34,267 bases of DNA from an uncultured Clostridia bacterium (GTDB taxonomy: Bacteria > Bacillota > Clostridia > UBA1381 > UMGS1253): the NCBI GenBank assembly GCA_937892135.1, contig CALAUK010000092.1, forward strand, positions 1-34,267, written 5' to 3'. A program made the position numbers and the translations under genes. Below the pieces are notes generated by a model that was not told where the DNA came from, ran no database searches, and saw nothing but the letters and a program-made list of their open reading frames with translations. This document shows, in pieces, positions 18,672 through 28,982 of this stretch (within the stretch, counting starts at the first letter, position 1; each line of letters begins with the position of its first letter).

Positions 18672-18998
18672 ATGACAAATAAACTTCACGTTAAAACAGG
18701 CGATACAGTAGTTGTATTGTCCGGTAAAGATAAAGGCAAAAAGGGTAAGGTTTTAAAGGCCAATCCCGCAGAACGCAAGGTTATCGTTGAAGGCGTGTCC
18801 GTTGCATCCCGCCATACAAAGCCCAGAAAACAGGGTGAGCAGGGTGGCATTTTGAAGAAGGAAACACCTATTTACGCATCAAAAGTAATGCTTGTTTGCC
18901 CCAAGTGCGGCAAAGCAGCAAGAACTGGTTTTAAGTTCCTTGATGACGGTTCAAAGGTTAAATTCTGCAAAAAGTGTAACGAAACGTTAGATAACTAA
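18672..18998 (+). CDS. rplX: 50S ribosomal protein L24
   Basis: KOW motif VKTGDTVVVLSGKDKGKKGKV. The C-terminus contains CPKCGK...CKKC. Confidence 0.96.
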   Translation: MTNKLHVKTGDTVVVLSGKDKGKKGKVLKANPAERKVIVEGVSVASRHTKPRKQGEQGGILKKETPIYASKVMLVCPKCGKAARTGFKFLDDGSKVKFCKKCNETLDN

Positions 18999-19022
18999 TC
19001 TATTGTAAAAGGAGGTTAGACA

Positions 19023-19568
19023 ATGGCAAGATTATTTGATCTATACAAAAAAGAAATTGCTCCTGCAATGATGCAGAAGTTCGGATATAAAAGCGTAATG
19101 CAGATTCCGAAGCTTGACAAGATTGTAATCAATGTAGGTCTTGGCGAAGCTAAGGATAATCCTAAGGCAGTTGAAGGTGCTATAAATGATTTGACTTTAA
19201 TCACAGGTCAGAAGCCCGTTGTAACAAAGGCTAGAAAATCTGTTGCTAACTTCAAATTAAGAGAAGGCATGAACATTGGCTGTAAGGTAACACTTAGAAA
19301 CGACAAAATGTATGAGTTTTTAGACAGATTCTTCAACGTAGCACTTCCCCGTGTACGTGACTTCAGAGGAATCAGCGCTAACTCCTTTGATGGTCGTGGT
19401 AACTATGCTACGGGTGTTAAAGAACAGCTTATCTTCCCTGAAATCGAGTATGATAAAATCGATAAGCTTAGAGGTATGGACATTATTATTGTTACTACAG
19501 CTAAGACAGATGAAGAGGCTCGCGAGCTATTAACTATGTTTGGTGCTCCGTTCACCTCTGCTAATTAA
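19023..19568 (+). CDS. rplE: 50S ribosomal protein L5
   Basis: [15 protein letters not shown]...VTLR...FLDRF...[10 protein letters not shown]. Confidence 0.97.
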   Translation: MARLFDLYKKEIAPAMMQKFGYKSVMQIPKLDKIVINVGLGEAKDNPKAVEGAINDLTLITGQKPVVTKARKSVANFKLREGMNIGCKVTLRNDKMYEFLDRFFNVALPRVRDFRGISANSFDGRGNYATGVKEQLIFPEIEYDKIDKLRGMDIIIVTTAKTDEEARELLTMFGAPFTSAN

Positions 19569-19579
19569 GGAGGAACATT

Positions 19580-19765
19580 ATGGCTAAGAAAGCAATGGTA
19601 TTAAAACAGCAGAAGGCCCCCAAATACAGCACACAGGCATATAACCGCTGCAAGATTTGCGGAAGACCTCATGCGTATTTGAGAAAGTACGGTATCTGCC
19701 GTATCTGCTTTAGAGAATTAGCTTATAAGGGACAGATTCCCGGTGTTAAAAAGGCTAGTTGGTAA
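19580..19765 (+). CDS. rpsN: 30S ribosomal protein S14, short zinc-binding type Z
   Basis: 61 aa with CKICGRP...CRICFRELA, a CxxC...CxxC zinc ribbon; spc-operon position. Confidence 0.96.
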   Translation: MAKKAMVLKQQKAPKYSTQAYNRCKICGRPHAYLRKYGICRICFRELAYKGQIPGVKKASW

Positions 19766-19839
19766 GATAAAGAGTATATTTGAAAAGTTGATTTATGTCA
19801 AAACTATCAGATATTTAAGTTTTGGAAGGAGGTAAAATA

Positions 19840-20238
19840 ATGCAAATTACAGATCCTATCGCAGATTTGCTAACTCGTATCAGAAATGCAAACTCTGCAA
19901 AACACGAAATGGTTGACATTCCGGCTTCCAATATGAAAAAAGCTATAACAAAGATTTTATTGGACGAGGGATATATAAAAGGTTTTCAGGTTATAGATGA
20001 TTCAAAGCAGGGCATCATCAGAGTTACCTTGAAGTACGGTGAAAATAAGTCTAAGGTTATTTCCGGAATAAAGAGAGTTTCTCGCCCCGGTCTTAGAATT
20101 TATGCTGGTGTTGATGAGCTACCTAAGGTATTAAAAGGTTTAGGTATAGCAATTATTTCAACATCAAAGGGTATCATGACTGATAAGCAAGCTCGTGCAG
20201 AAAAAATTGGCGGCGAAGTATTGGCATTTGTTTGGTAA
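19840..20238 (+). CDS. rpsH: 30S ribosomal protein S8
   Basis: ATG 19840 gives [26 protein letters not shown] upstream. The track's start at 19822 is a TTG inside the RBS region. Confidence 0.95.
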   Translation: MQITDPIADLLTRIRNANSAKHEMVDIPASNMKKAITKILLDEGYIKGFQVIDDSKQGIIRVTLKYGENKSKVISGIKRVSRPGLRIYAGVDELPKVLKGLGIAIISTSKGIMTDKQARAEKIGGEVLAFVW

Positions 20239-20267
20239 TACTGCCAAAGAAATAGGAGGTGTAACAC

Positions 20268-20813
20268 ATGTCTAGAATAGGCAATAGCCCTATCGCAATA
20301 CCTGCTGGTGTTGAAGTAAAGGTAGAGGCTGAAAATTTAGTGACAGTAAAGGGCCCCAAGGGTACTTTATCAAGACAGTTGCACAAAGATATGATTATTG
20401 AGAAGGGTGCAACAGAAATCATAGTAAAAAGACCTTCTGAAGCGAAAGAGCACAGATCTTTGCACGGACTTACAAGAACCTTAATTAATAACATGGTACT
20501 TGGTGTTACAGAAGGATTTACAAAGACACTTGAAATAAACGGTGTTGGTTACAGAGCTCAGATGCAGGGCAAGAAGCTAGTGTTAACACTAGGTTACTCT
20601 CATCCTGTTGAGATGGAAGCTCCCGCAGGCATTGAAATTGCAGTTCCTGCTCCCAACCAGATTGTTATCACAGGTGCAGATAAGCAGGCTGTAGGTCAGC
20701 TGGCAGCTGTTATTAGAGAAAAGAGACCGCCTGAGCCGTATAAGGGCAAGGGTATTAAGTATACGACTGAGACTATCAGACGTAAAGAAGGTAAAGCTGG
20801 CGGTAAGAAATAA
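20268..20813 (+). CDS. rplF: 50S ribosomal protein L6
   Basis: [13 protein letters not shown]...GVGYRA...[11 protein letters not shown]. Confidence 0.97.
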   Translation: MSRIGNSPIAIPAGVEVKVEAENLVTVKGPKGTLSRQLHKDMIIEKGATEIIVKRPSEAKEHRSLHGLTRTLINNMVLGVTEGFTKTLEINGVGYRAQMQGKKLVLTLGYSHPVEMEAPAGIEIAVPAPNQIVITGADKQAVGQLAAVIREKRPPEPYKGKGIKYTTETIRRKEGKAGGKK

Positions 20814-20831
20814 GAAAGGAGTGGATAAAAT

Positions 20832-21182
20832 ATGGTAAATAAGAAGTCTAGCAACAAAGCAAGACAGAAGCGTCATCTTCGTATCAGAAAGAAGGTTTCC
20901 GGTACAGCATTAAGACCCAGACTTAGCGTGTTCCGTAGCTTAAAGAACATCTATGCTCAGGTTATTGATGACGTAACAGGTGTAACAATTGTATCCGCTT
21001 CCAGCCTTGATATTGAAAATGGCGGTAACGTAGATGCTGCTAAAGAAGTGGGTAAATTGATCGCAGAGCGTGCTAAGGCAAAGGGAATTGATTCTGTTGT
21101 ATTTGACAGAAGCGGTTACATTTACCACGGCAGAGTTGCTGCATTGGCAGAAGGCGCAAGAGAAGGCGGCTTAGAGTTTTAA
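20832..21182 (+). CDS. rplR: 50S ribosomal protein L18
   Basis: [29 protein letters not shown]...FDR.GY.YHGRV.ALA.GAREGGL.F. Confidence 0.97.
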   Translation: MVNKKSSNKARQKRHLRIRKKVSGTALRPRLSVFRSLKNIYAQVIDDVTGVTIVSASSLDIENGGNVDAAKEVGKLIAERAKAKGIDSVVFDRSGYIYHGRVAALAEGAREGGLEF

Positions 21183-21200
21183 TAAAAAGGAGGGGATACC

Positions 21201-21704
21201 ATGCAGGAAAGAATTGACGCATCAACACTTGATATAAAAGAAAAAGTTGTTAATATAGGTCGTGTTGCTAAGGTTGTAAAGGGCGGTAGAACATTCCGTT
21301 TCAGTGCACTTGTAGTTGTAGGTGACGGTAACGGTCATGTTGGTTACGGCACAGGCAAAGCGGCTGAAATTCCGGATGCAATCAGAAAGGGTATTGAGGA
21401 CGCTAAGAAGAACATGATTACTGTTCCGTTGGTAGGCGGTACAATCCCTCACGATGTAATCGGTAAATACGGTGCGGGCACAGTGCTTATAAAGCCGGCT
21501 GCAGAAGGTACAGGTGTTATCGCAGGTGGCCCGGCGAGAGCAGTGCTCGAGCTTGTTGGAATCAGAGATATAAGAACAAAATCTCTTCGTTCCAATAACC
21601 CCAGAAACGTGGTAAGAGCCACAATCGCAGGTCTTGCATCGCTAAAATCCGTTGAGGAAGTTGCAAAGATGAGAGGCAAGACTCCTGAAGAGTTGTTGGG
21701 TTAA
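21201..21704 (+). CDS. rpsE: 30S ribosomal protein S5
   Basis: [36 protein letters not shown] pattern. Confidence 0.97.
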   Translation: MQERIDASTLDIKEKVVNIGRVAKVVKGGRTFRFSALVVVGDGNGHVGYGTGKAAEIPDAIRKGIEDAKKNMITVPLVGGTIPHDVIGKYGAGTVLIKPAAEGTGVIAGGPARAVLELVGIRDIRTKSLRSNNPRNVVRATIAGLASLKSVEEVAKMRGKTPEELLG

Positions 21705-21718
21705 GGAGGAAATGAGAA

Positions 21719-21898
21719 ATGTCTAAATTAAAGATTACTCTTGAGAAGAGCTTGATTGGCCGTAAAGACGACCAGATAGCAACAGCTAAAGCATTGGGTT
21801 TAAAGAAAATCCGTGCAACAGTTGAACAGAACGACAATCCTCAGATCAGAGGTATGATTAATAAAATTTCTCACCTTGTAAAAGTTGAAGAAATTTAA
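21719..21898 (+). CDS. rpmD: 50S ribosomal protein L30 (59 aa; below the ORF-track cutoff)
   Basis: A codon walk gives [66 protein letters not shown] at 21703-09; operon position between rpsE and rplO. Confidence 0.93.
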   Translation: MSKLKITLEKSLIGRKDDQIATAKALGLKKIRATVEQNDNPQIRGMINKISHLVKVEEI

Positions 21899-21933
21899 AG
21901 AAGACTCGGAAATTTAAGAAGGAGGTGCAGCAA

Positions 21934-22374
21934 ATGAGACTTGATGAACTAAAACCTGCAGAAGGTTCAAAGTTTGAGGCTAAGAGAAAAGGCCGTGGTC
22001 CTGGAAGCGGAAATGGTAAAACAGCAGGTAAGGGTCACAAGGGTCAGAATGCTCGTAGCGGTGGCGGAGTAAGACCTGGTTTTGAAGGTGGTCAGATGCC
22101 TATTTACAGACGTTTGCCCAAGAGAGGTTTTACAAATATATTTGCAAAAGAATACGTTACAGTTAACGTTGAAGTACTTGAGCAGTTCGAGGCAAATACT
22201 GAAATTACTGCTGATGTTTTAAAAGAAGCCGGAATCATTAAGAAGGTGAAGGACGGCGTAAAAATTCTAGGCAGAGGCGAAGTAACAAAGCCATTGACTG
22301 TTAAAGTTGCTAAGTTTACAGAGTCTGCGGCAGCTAAGATTACAGCAGCCGGCGGAAAGGCTGAGGTGATTTAA
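21934..22374 (+). CDS. rplO: 50S ribosomal protein L15
   Basis: ATG 21934 gives [12 protein letters not shown]...[24 protein letters not shown] lies 8 nt upstream. The track's GTG 21925 lies inside the RBS. Confidence 0.95.
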   Translation: MRLDELKPAEGSKFEAKRKGRGPGSGNGKTAGKGHKGQNARSGGGVRPGFEGGQMPIYRRLPKRGFTNIFAKEYVTVNVEVLEQFEANTEITADVLKEAGIIKKVKDGVKILGRGEVTKPLTVKVAKFTESAAAKITAAGGKAEVI

Positions 22375-23670
22375 TTGTTAAAGACATTAAAGAATGCCTG
22401 GGCAATTGATGATTTAAGAAAAAAGATAATCTTTACGATTTTTATGCTTATCGTATACAGATTAGGTTGTGCGATTCCTGTTCCCGGATTAAGTGCTGAT
22501 GCTATGAAAGCTCTTATGGGTGCAGAGGGCACAGTAGGTGTGTTCTCACTTTTGGACACATTTACAGGCGGTGCGTTCTCAAATGCAACAGTGTTTGCTA
22601 TGGGTATTACACCGTACATTAACTCTTCAATTATCATTCAGCTTCTTACAGTTGCAATCCCCGCTCTTGAAAGACTTTCTAAAGAGGGCGAAGAGGGCAG
22701 AAAGAAGATTAATGATATTGTTCGTTATGTAACAGTAGTATTAGCTATTATTCAGGCTGTTGGCTTGTATTTCACATTAGCAAATATGGGTGCTATTTCT
22801 GCGGCTGACCGTGGATTTGTTACAGCACTTTTAGTAACAATCACTTTCACAGCAGGTACAGCATTTATAATGTGGATAGGCGAAATGATTACTGAAAAAG
22901 GCATAGGAAATGGTATTTCTCTTATCATTTTCGCAGGTATTGTTTCTTCTGGTCCTCAGTTAGTGATGCAGCTTTACAACACTTTCTTAGGCGCAAACAT
23001 ATCTGCTATAAATGCAATTCTTTTGATTGTTGTAATCGCTGTTGTAATCCTTATCTTAGGATTTGTAGTGTTTATGAACAATGCTGAGAGAAGAATTCCT
23101 GTGCAGTATGCAAAAAGAGTTGTTGGAAGAAAAATGTATGGCGGTCAGAGCACTAACATACCGATTAAGGTAACAATGGCCGGCGTTATTCCGATAATCT
23201 TTGCAACAAGTATTCTTGCATTCCCCACAACTATCGCTCAGTTCTGTGGCGTTGATATTAACGCTCCCGGATTCTGGACAGGTATCTTAAGATCTTTGTC
23301 CTACGGCGGTTGGGTTTATGCAGTACTTGATTTCCTACTAATTATATTCTTCACCTACTTCTACACATCGATGCAGTTTAATCCCATCGAGATGTCTAAC
23401 AACATCAAGAAGAATGGTGGTTTCATTCCCGGAATAAGACCGGGTAAGCCTACAAGTGATTATATCGCTAAGGTTATGAACAGAATTGTTATTGTAGGAG
23501 CTGCTTTCTTGGCAGTTATCGCAGTGCTTCCCATGGCGTTCTCGGCAGTTATTCCCGGAATCGCTCTTGGCGGAACATCTTTGCTTATCGTAGAGGGTGT
23601 TGCACTTGAAACTGTTAAGCAGATGGAATCTCAGATGATGATGCGTCATTATAAGGGATTCTTAGAATAA
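22375..23670 (+). CDS. secY: Preprotein translocase subunit SecY
   Basis: 10-TM profile with GITPYINSSIIIQLL, GRKKI and NGGFIPGIRPG motifs. TTG start immediately after the rplO stop. Confidence 0.95.
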   Translation: MLKTLKNAWAIDDLRKKIIFTIFMLIVYRLGCAIPVPGLSADAMKALMGAEGTVGVFSLLDTFTGGAFSNATVFAMGITPYINSSIIIQLLTVAIPALERLSKEGEEGRKKINDIVRYVTVVLAIIQAVGLYFTLANMGAISAADRGFVTALLVTITFTAGTAFIMWIGEMITEKGIGNGISLIIFAGIVSSGPQLVMQLYNTFLGANISAINAILLIVVIAVVILILGFVVFMNNAERRIPVQYAKRVVGRKMYGGQSTNIPIKVTMAGVIPIIFATSILAFPTTIAQFCGVDINAPGFWTGILRSLSYGGWVYAVLDFLLIIFFTYFYTSMQFNPIEMSNNIKKNGGFIPGIRPGKPTSDYIAKVMNRIVIVGAAFLAVIAVLPMAFSAVIPGIALGGTSLLIVEGVALETVKQMESQMMMRHYKGFLE

Positions 23671-23705
23671 AATATTCTAACTTAATATAAGGTGGGTTTT
23701 TTCAA

Positions 23706-24353
23706 ATGAAATTGGTTTTTTTGGGCCCTCCGGGCGCCGGCAAGGGTACTCAGGCAGCTTTTATTTCAGAGGCTTGTAATATCCCCACCATCTCAACCGG
23801 GGCCATGCTTCGTGAGGCAATAGTTAAAAAAACGGAGCTTGGAAAAGAAGCTCAGGCCTTTATTGATAAAGGCGAGTTCGTTACAGATGAAGTTGTAATT
23901 GGTATTGTTAAGGAAAGGCTTAGCATGCCCGATTGCAAGAATGGTTACATTTTAGATGGTTTTCCCCGTACTTTAGTACAGGCAGAGGCACTTGATAAAA
24001 TGCTTCCTGATGCGGTTGAAACCGCTCTTCTTCTGGAAGTATCGGATGAGAGTTTAATTGAAAGATTGTCAGGCAGAAGAGAATGTCCTGCGTGCAAGGC
24101 AACTTTTCATATTACAAATAATCCTTCAAGTAAAGGTGATGTATGTGATAAGTGCGGCGCAAAGCTTGTGCAGCGTGCAGACGACACTGCCGAGACAATA
24201 AAAAAGCGTATGAGTATTTATCATGCTCAGACGGAACCTATTAAAGATTATTACAAAGCATGCGGCAAACTGAAGTGTGTTTCCGGCGAAAGAGATTTGT
24301 CGGACGTAACTGAGGCTATCTTTGAGATTTTAGGTTTACAGGGAGGACGCTGA
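23706..24353 (+). CDS. adk: Adenylate kinase (with 4-Cys zinc lid)
   Basis: GPPGAGKGTQA P-loop, GYILDGFPRT, and lid CPACK...CDKCG. Confidence 0.96.
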   Translation: MKLVFLGPPGAGKGTQAAFISEACNIPTISTGAMLREAIVKKTELGKEAQAFIDKGEFVTDEVVIGIVKERLSMPDCKNGYILDGFPRTLVQAEALDKMLPDAVETALLLEVSDESLIERLSGRRECPACKATFHITNNPSSKGDVCDKCGAKLVQRADDTAETIKKRMSIYHAQTEPIKDYYKACGKLKCVSGERDLSDVTEAIFEILGLQGGR

Positions 24354-25096
24354 TGATTACAATTAAATCACACAAAGAGATTGATTGTATGCGTAAGGCA
24401 GGCAAGATAGTGTCAGGTACCTTTGAGGAATTAAAAAAGGCTATTAAGCCCGGTATTTCTACAAAGGAACTTGACCGGATTGCCTACGAGTACATCAAAA
24501 GCAATGGTGCGACACCATCGTTTCTGGGTTATGGCGGATTTCCGGGTTCAATTTGCGCTTCTGTAAATGACCAGGTTATTCACGGTATACCTGATGGAAC
24601 AAAGCTTAAAGACGGCGACATTATCAGTATTGATATAGGAGCTTGCTATAAGGGCTTTCATGGTGACAGTGCAAAAACTTTTCCTGTTGGAAATGTAAGC
24701 AAGGAAGCTCAGAAGCTTATAGATGTAACTCGACAGAGCTTTTACGAAGGAATCGCGTTTGCAAAGCGCGGAAACCGTATTGTTGATATATCTTCTGCAA
24801 TTCAGAGCTATGTTGAAAAGCATGGTTACGGTATTGTAAGAGATTACACGGGTCACGGAATTGGTTCTTCGCTTCATGAAGAGCCGAGCGTGTTAAATTA
24901 TGTTACCAAAGTAAGAGGACCGAGAATGCTTGCAGGAATGACTATTGCTGTTGAACCAATGGTAACAGCAGGGCATTATGATGTTTATGTTGAAGACAAT
25001 GACTGGACTGTGTGTACAGAAGATGGGTCGCTTGCGGCTCACTATGAGCATACTATCCTTATAACAGACGGAGAATGCGAAATTCTTACAAGATAA
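24353..25096 (+). CDS. map: Type I methionine aminopeptidase
   Basis: Pita-bread metal ligands in context (D..D in ISIDIG, GHGIG, VEPM, EHT). The ATG overlaps the adk TGA. Confidence 0.95.
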   Translation: MITIKSHKEIDCMRKAGKIVSGTFEELKKAIKPGISTKELDRIAYEYIKSNGATPSFLGYGGFPGSICASVNDQVIHGIPDGTKLKDGDIISIDIGACYKGFHGDSAKTFPVGNVSKEAQKLIDVTRQSFYEGIAFAKRGNRIVDISSAIQSYVEKHGYGIVRDYTGHGIGSSLHEEPSVLNYVTKVRGPRMLAGMTIAVEPMVTAGHYDVYVEDNDWTVCTEDGSLAAHYEHTILITDGECEILTR

Positions 25097-25111
25097 TTTT
25101 GAGGTGATATA

Positions 25112-25381
25112 GTGGAAATTGGTATAGGAAGCATTGTGTATTCAAAAGCGGGCCGTGATAAGAACAACTTCTTTGTTGTTGTTTCGGCTGATAAAGAATT
25201 TGCTTATTTGTGCGATGGGGATATACGAAAGTTCGATAAACCTAAAAAGAAAAAACTTAAGCATTTATCGGTAACTAACAAAGTCAGCGAGACGGTTAAA
25301 GAAAAACTTAGTATAAGCGGAAAAGTTGGCAACGCAGAGCTTAGAAGAGCTATCGAAGAGTTTTGCGAAAGTAATAATTAA
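25112..25381 (+). CDS. KOW-domain RNA-binding protein (L14e/L6e/L27e-like small protein found between map and infA in Clostridia)
   Basis: [19 protein letters not shown] is a KOW motif. A Lys-rich linker KPKKKKLKH follows. GTG start with GAGGTG 5 nt upstream. Confidence 0.65.
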   Translation: MEIGIGSIVYSKAGRDKNNFFVVVSADKEFAYLCDGDIRKFDKPKKKKLKHLSVTNKVSETVKEKLSISGKVGNAELRRAIEEFCESNN

Positions 25382-25407
25382 AGCAGTACAAAAAGGGGGT
25401 TTTATCC

Positions 25408-25626
25408 TTGGCAAAAGACGATATGATAGAAATCGAGGGTACTGTTGTTGAAGCATTACCTAATGCAATGTTTCAGGTTGAGCTTGAAAATGGGCACAAA
25501 ATTTTAGCTCATATTTCAGGAAAACTAAGAATGAATTTCATTCGTATTCTACCGGGTGATAAAGTAACGGTTGAGCTTTCACCTTACGATTTAACTCGTG
25601 GAAGAATAACATGGAGAGCAAAATAA
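25408..25626 (+). CDS. infA: Translation initiation factor IF-1
   Basis: [63 protein letters not shown] start. Confidence 0.96.
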   Translation: MAKDDMIEIEGTVVEALPNAMFQVELENGHKILAHISGKLRMNFIRILPGDKVTVELSPYDLTRGRITWRAK

Positions 25627-25682
25627 GCTCATTCATGTGAAGCAAAAGTTTTATTAGTTAAGCACTTTGGTTAAAGTGCTAA

Positions 25683-25811
<129 letters not shown>

Positions 25812-26053
25812 TTAGTCCGAAAAAAATCCAATGCTCAAAAGTACGCATACTAAATTGTGTATAACTGCAGTAAGCGTCGGCTGTCCCGTAAGAAACGGGA
25901 AACTTGCGCAGGTTTTGAAGCCTAAGGATATTAAAATGCAGTGGCTTCGCATTTTAGTGTAGGGCTATATTACGCCCGACAGATGGGCATGGCGCATAAA
26001 GCGCCCGAACAAAAATTAAAAAATTTTTTAATCCCAATCAGGAGGTGTAAACT
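25812..26053 (+). promoter_or_regulatory. 242-nt structured spacer/leader upstream of rpsM (alpha-operon leader candidate)
   Basis: The gap is unusually long for rpmJ-rpsM. It contains several hairpins, two of them mutually exclusive, and a 16-nt perfect palindrome 5 nt from the rpsM RBS. Coordinates are in the corresponding finding. Confidence 0.35.
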
Positions 26054-26422
26054 ATGGCAAGAATAGCTGGTGTTGACTTACCGAGAGAGAAGAGAGTAGA
26101 AATCGGTCTTACTTATATTTTCGGTATCGGTAGAAGTGCATCTACAAAAATACTTGCAAAAACAGGAATAAATCCCGACACAAGAGTGAAGGATTTAACA
26201 GAAGACGAGGTAAGCAAGCTTCGTGAAGTTATCGACGCAGAATATACGGTTGAAGGTGATCTTCGCCGTCAGGTTGCGCTTGATATCAAGAGATTGATGG
26301 AAATTGGTTGTTACCGTGGTATCAGACACAGAAGAGGTCTTCCGGTACGTGGCCAGAGAACAAAGACAAATGCAAGAACCAGAAAAGGTCCTGCTAAGAC
26401 TATAGCGAATAAGAAGAAATAA
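26054..26422 (+). CDS. rpsM: 30S ribosomal protein S13
   Basis: [25 protein letters not shown]...[22 protein letters not shown]. Confidence 0.97.
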   Translation: MARIAGVDLPREKRVEIGLTYIFGIGRSASTKILAKTGINPDTRVKDLTEDEVSKLREVIDAEYTVEGDLRRQVALDIKRLMEIGCYRGIRHRRGLPVRGQRTKTNARTRKGPAKTIANKKK

Positions 26423-26442
26423 TAAAGGAGGGAGTAAGCTAA

Positions 26443-26844
26443 ATGGCTAAAGCAACTACAAAAAAGACTACACGTACAAAGCGTAGAGTTAAAAAGAATA
26501 TTGAAAAAGGCGCAGCTCATATCAGCTCAACATTTAACAATACAATTGTTACAATTACTGACTTAGCTGGTAATGCAATTTCTTGGGCAAGCGCAGGTGG
26601 CCTTGGCTTCAGAGGCTCTCGTAAGAGCACACCATATGCGGCGCAGATGGCAGCTGAAACCGCTGCAAAGGCTGCTATGGAGCATGGCTTAAAGACAATT
26701 GAAGTATATGTAAAAGGTCCCGGTGCCGGAAGAGAAGCTGCAATTCGTGCGCTTCAGGCAGCAGGTCTTGAGATTAATATGATTAAGGATGTTACTCCGA
26801 TTCCTCACAACGGTTGCAGACCGCCGAAGAGAAGAAGAGTTTGA
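26443..26844 (+). CDS. rpsK: 30S ribosomal protein S11
   Basis: [17 protein letters not shown]...W.S.G..GF.GSRKSTP.AAQ...[19 protein letters not shown]. Confidence 0.97.
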   Translation: MAKATTKKTTRTKRRVKKNIEKGAAHISSTFNNTIVTITDLAGNAISWASAGGLGFRGSRKSTPYAAQMAAETAAKAAMEHGLKTIEVYVKGPGAGREAAIRALQAAGLEINMIKDVTPIPHNGCRPPKRRRV

Positions 26845-26875
26845 TTCTTTATATTGATGATAGGAGGAAACGCAT

Positions 26876-27469
26876 ATGGCTAGAAATACGCAGCCCATTC
26901 TTAAGAGATGCAGAACATTGGGCATTGAGCCTACTGTTATGGGCATAGATAAGTCAAGCAATAAAAACCCTAAGGCTACAAGAAGAAAGCAGAGCGAATA
27001 CGGTTTACAGCTTACAGAAAAGCAGAAGGTTAAGTTTATATACGGTATTCTTGAGAAGCAGTTCAGAAAGTACTATGTAATGGCTACAAAGAGAACAGGC
27101 ATTACAGGTGAGATGCTTCTTCAGATTTTGGAATCAAGACTTGACAACGTTGTTTACAGATTAGGTCTTGCTAACACAAGAAGAGAAGCAAGACAGCTTG
27201 TAACACACGGTCACATTCTTGTAAATGGCAAGCGTTTGGACATTCCGTCTTACCTTGTAAACCCCGGTGAAGTTATTTCTGTTAAAGAGAAAACAGCAGG
27301 TTCCGACAGAATGAAGGAAATCGTTGAGAAGAATTCTTCAAGACTTGTTCCCAAGTGGTTGGAAATGGACAAAGAGACTTTGACAGCAAAAGTTGTTACC
27401 TTAGCAGCAAGAGACGATATCGATTACGAAGTATCTGAGCACCTTATCGTCGAGTTGTACTCCAAATAA
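26876..27469 (+). CDS. rpsD: 30S ribosomal protein S4
   Basis: YG.QL.EKQK....YG..E.QF...RLDNVVYRLG.A.TR..ARQLV.HGHI.VNG. S4 domain. Confidence 0.97.
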   Translation: MARNTQPILKRCRTLGIEPTVMGIDKSSNKNPKATRRKQSEYGLQLTEKQKVKFIYGILEKQFRKYYVMATKRTGITGEMLLQILESRLDNVVYRLGLANTRREARQLVTHGHILVNGKRLDIPSYLVNPGEVISVKEKTAGSDRMKEIVEKNSSRLVPKWLEMDKETLTAKVVTLAARDDIDYEVSEHLIVELYSK

Positions 27470-27538
27470 TAAATTTGAGTTTTATTTTGGATTAATAAGG
27501 TATATTAGCCCGTTAATTCGGGTAAGGAGGGATATTAC

Positions 27539-28489
27539 ATGATTGAGATAGAAAAACCCAGAGTGGAATGTGTTGAAGTGCGTGAAGAGGAGCATTACGG
27601 TAAATTCGTAGTTGAACCCTTAGAGCGTGGATATGGAACAACCCTCGGAAATTCTCTTAGAAGAATATTGCTATCTTCTCTCCCCGGCGCAGCCGTTAAT
27701 TCTGTTAAGATTGACGGAGTTTTGCATGAGTTCTCAGTTATAAAAGGCGTTAAAGAAGACGTTACTGAAATCGTGCTTAACATAAAAAGCATTGTTGCCA
27801 AGCTTCACTGTGATACACCTAAAACTGTATACATTGATGCTCAGGGCGAGGGAGTAATAACAGCGGGAGATATTAAAGCTGATTCCGATGTTGAGATTTT
27901 GAATCCCGATTTATACATTGCTACGCTGAATTCTGACGCTAAGCTTAATATGGAAATTACACTTTCAAAGGGCAGAGGTTATGTTGCTGCTGATAAAAAC
28001 CGCGAACAGTCTCAGCCTGTTATCGGTGTAATTCCTGTTGACTCAATCTACACACCTGTTAAAAAGGTTAATTACAAGGTTGAGCCTGCCAGAGTTGGCG
28101 CTGTTACAGATTTTGACAAGCTTACAATTGAGGTTTGGACAAACGGCACACTTAAGCCCAATGAGGCTATAAGTCTTGCTGCCAAGATTATGAGCGAGCA
28201 TTTGTCATTGTTTATCGACTTGTCTGACGATGCTAAGAATGTTGAAATCATGGTAGAAAAAGAAGAAAGCAAGAAAGAAAAAGTGCTTGAGATGACGATT
28301 GAAGAACTTGACTTATCAGTTCGTTCTTACAACTGCTTAAAGAGAGCAGGTATCAACACTGTTGAGGACCTTGCCAATAAGACAGAAGAAGATATGATGA
28401 AGGTAAGAAATCTAGGAAGAAAATCGTTAGAAGAAGTAATGAACAAGCTAAGCGCATTAAACTTGGCTCTTCGCAAGGAAGAGGAATAA
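27539..28489 (+). CDS. rpoA: DNA-directed RNA polymerase subunit alpha
   Basis: [33 protein letters not shown]-terminal domain [21 protein letters not shown]. Confidence 0.97.
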   Translation: MIEIEKPRVECVEVREEEHYGKFVVEPLERGYGTTLGNSLRRILLSSLPGAAVNSVKIDGVLHEFSVIKGVKEDVTEIVLNIKSIVAKLHCDTPKTVYIDAQGEGVITAGDIKADSDVEILNPDLYIATLNSDAKLNMEITLSKGRGYVAADKNREQSQPVIGVIPVDSIYTPVKKVNYKVEPARVGAVTDFDKLTIEVWTNGTLKPNEAISLAAKIMSEHLSLFIDLSDDAKNVEIMVEKEESKKEKVLEMTIEELDLSVRSYNCLKRAGINTVEDLANKTEEDMMKVRNLGRKSLEEVMNKLSALNLALRKEEE

Positions 28490-28530
28490 TTGCGCAAAAC
28501 AGTAGATATGCTTAAAAGGAGGTAATAGAT

Positions 28531-28875
28531 ATGCCCGGTACAAGAAAGTTAGGTCGTCCTACCGATCAGAGAAGAGCAATGCTTAGAAATCTTGTTACCA
28601 GTTTTCTGGAGAACGGTCGTATTGAGACAACAGTTACACGTGCTAAAGAGACAAGAAGTATGGCAGAGAAGATGATTTCCTTAGGAAAAGATGGTTCTCT
28701 TCATGCAAGACGTCAGGCTTTGGCTTATATAACAAAAGAATCTGTAGTAGCAAAGGTGTTTAGCGAGCTAGCTCCTAAATATGCTGACAGAAACGGCGGA
28801 TACTGCCGAGTTATTAAGGTTGGCCCCAGACACGGTGACGCTGCTGAGATGGCAATCTTAGAATTGGTTGACTAA
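28531..28875 (+). CDS. rplQ: 50S ribosomal protein L17
   Basis: [14 protein letters not shown]...GRIETT..RAKE.R...EK.I.LGK...RNGGY.R..K...R.GD.A. Confidence 0.97.
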   Translation: MPGTRKLGRPTDQRRAMLRNLVTSFLENGRIETTVTRAKETRSMAEKMISLGKDGSLHARRQALAYITKESVVAKVFSELAPKYADRNGGYCRVIKVGPRHGDAAEMAILELVD

Positions 28876-28879
28876 TTTA

Positions 28880-28916
28880 AAAAAACGTCTGTGATTTATC
28901 ACAGGCGTTTTTTTGT
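28880..28916 (+). terminator. Rho-independent terminator ending the ribosomal superoperon
   Basis: AACGTCTGTGA pairs with TCACAGGCGTT (one G-U pair), followed by TTTTTTT (28908-28914). Confidence 0.75.
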
Positions 28917-28919
28917 TTC

Positions 28920-28948
28920 TTGACTTTTTTATTTTGCGGTGTTAAAAT
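28920..28948 (+). promoter_or_regulatory. sigma-A promoter for fbp
   Basis: TTGACT (28920-25), 17-nt spacer, then TGtTAAAAT extended -10 (28940-48). Confidence 0.5.
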
Positions 28949-28982
28949 TAAAGTGTAATATTATGGAAAGGAATGAAAAGAG

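Noticed and set aside
18267-18689. 140-aa ORF on the minus strand
   Set aside because: It is fully antisense to rplN (L14). It has no RBS and low-complexity S/L/T/P-rich content, as expected from reading a highly expressed gene backwards.
25661-25680. 8-bp hairpin AGCACTTT-GGTT-AAAGTGCT between infA and rpmJ, considered as a terminator
   Set aside because: It is followed by AAAAGGAGG (the rpmJ RBS), not a U-run. It is more likely an mRNA stability or processing hairpin and is too generic to rank as a finding.
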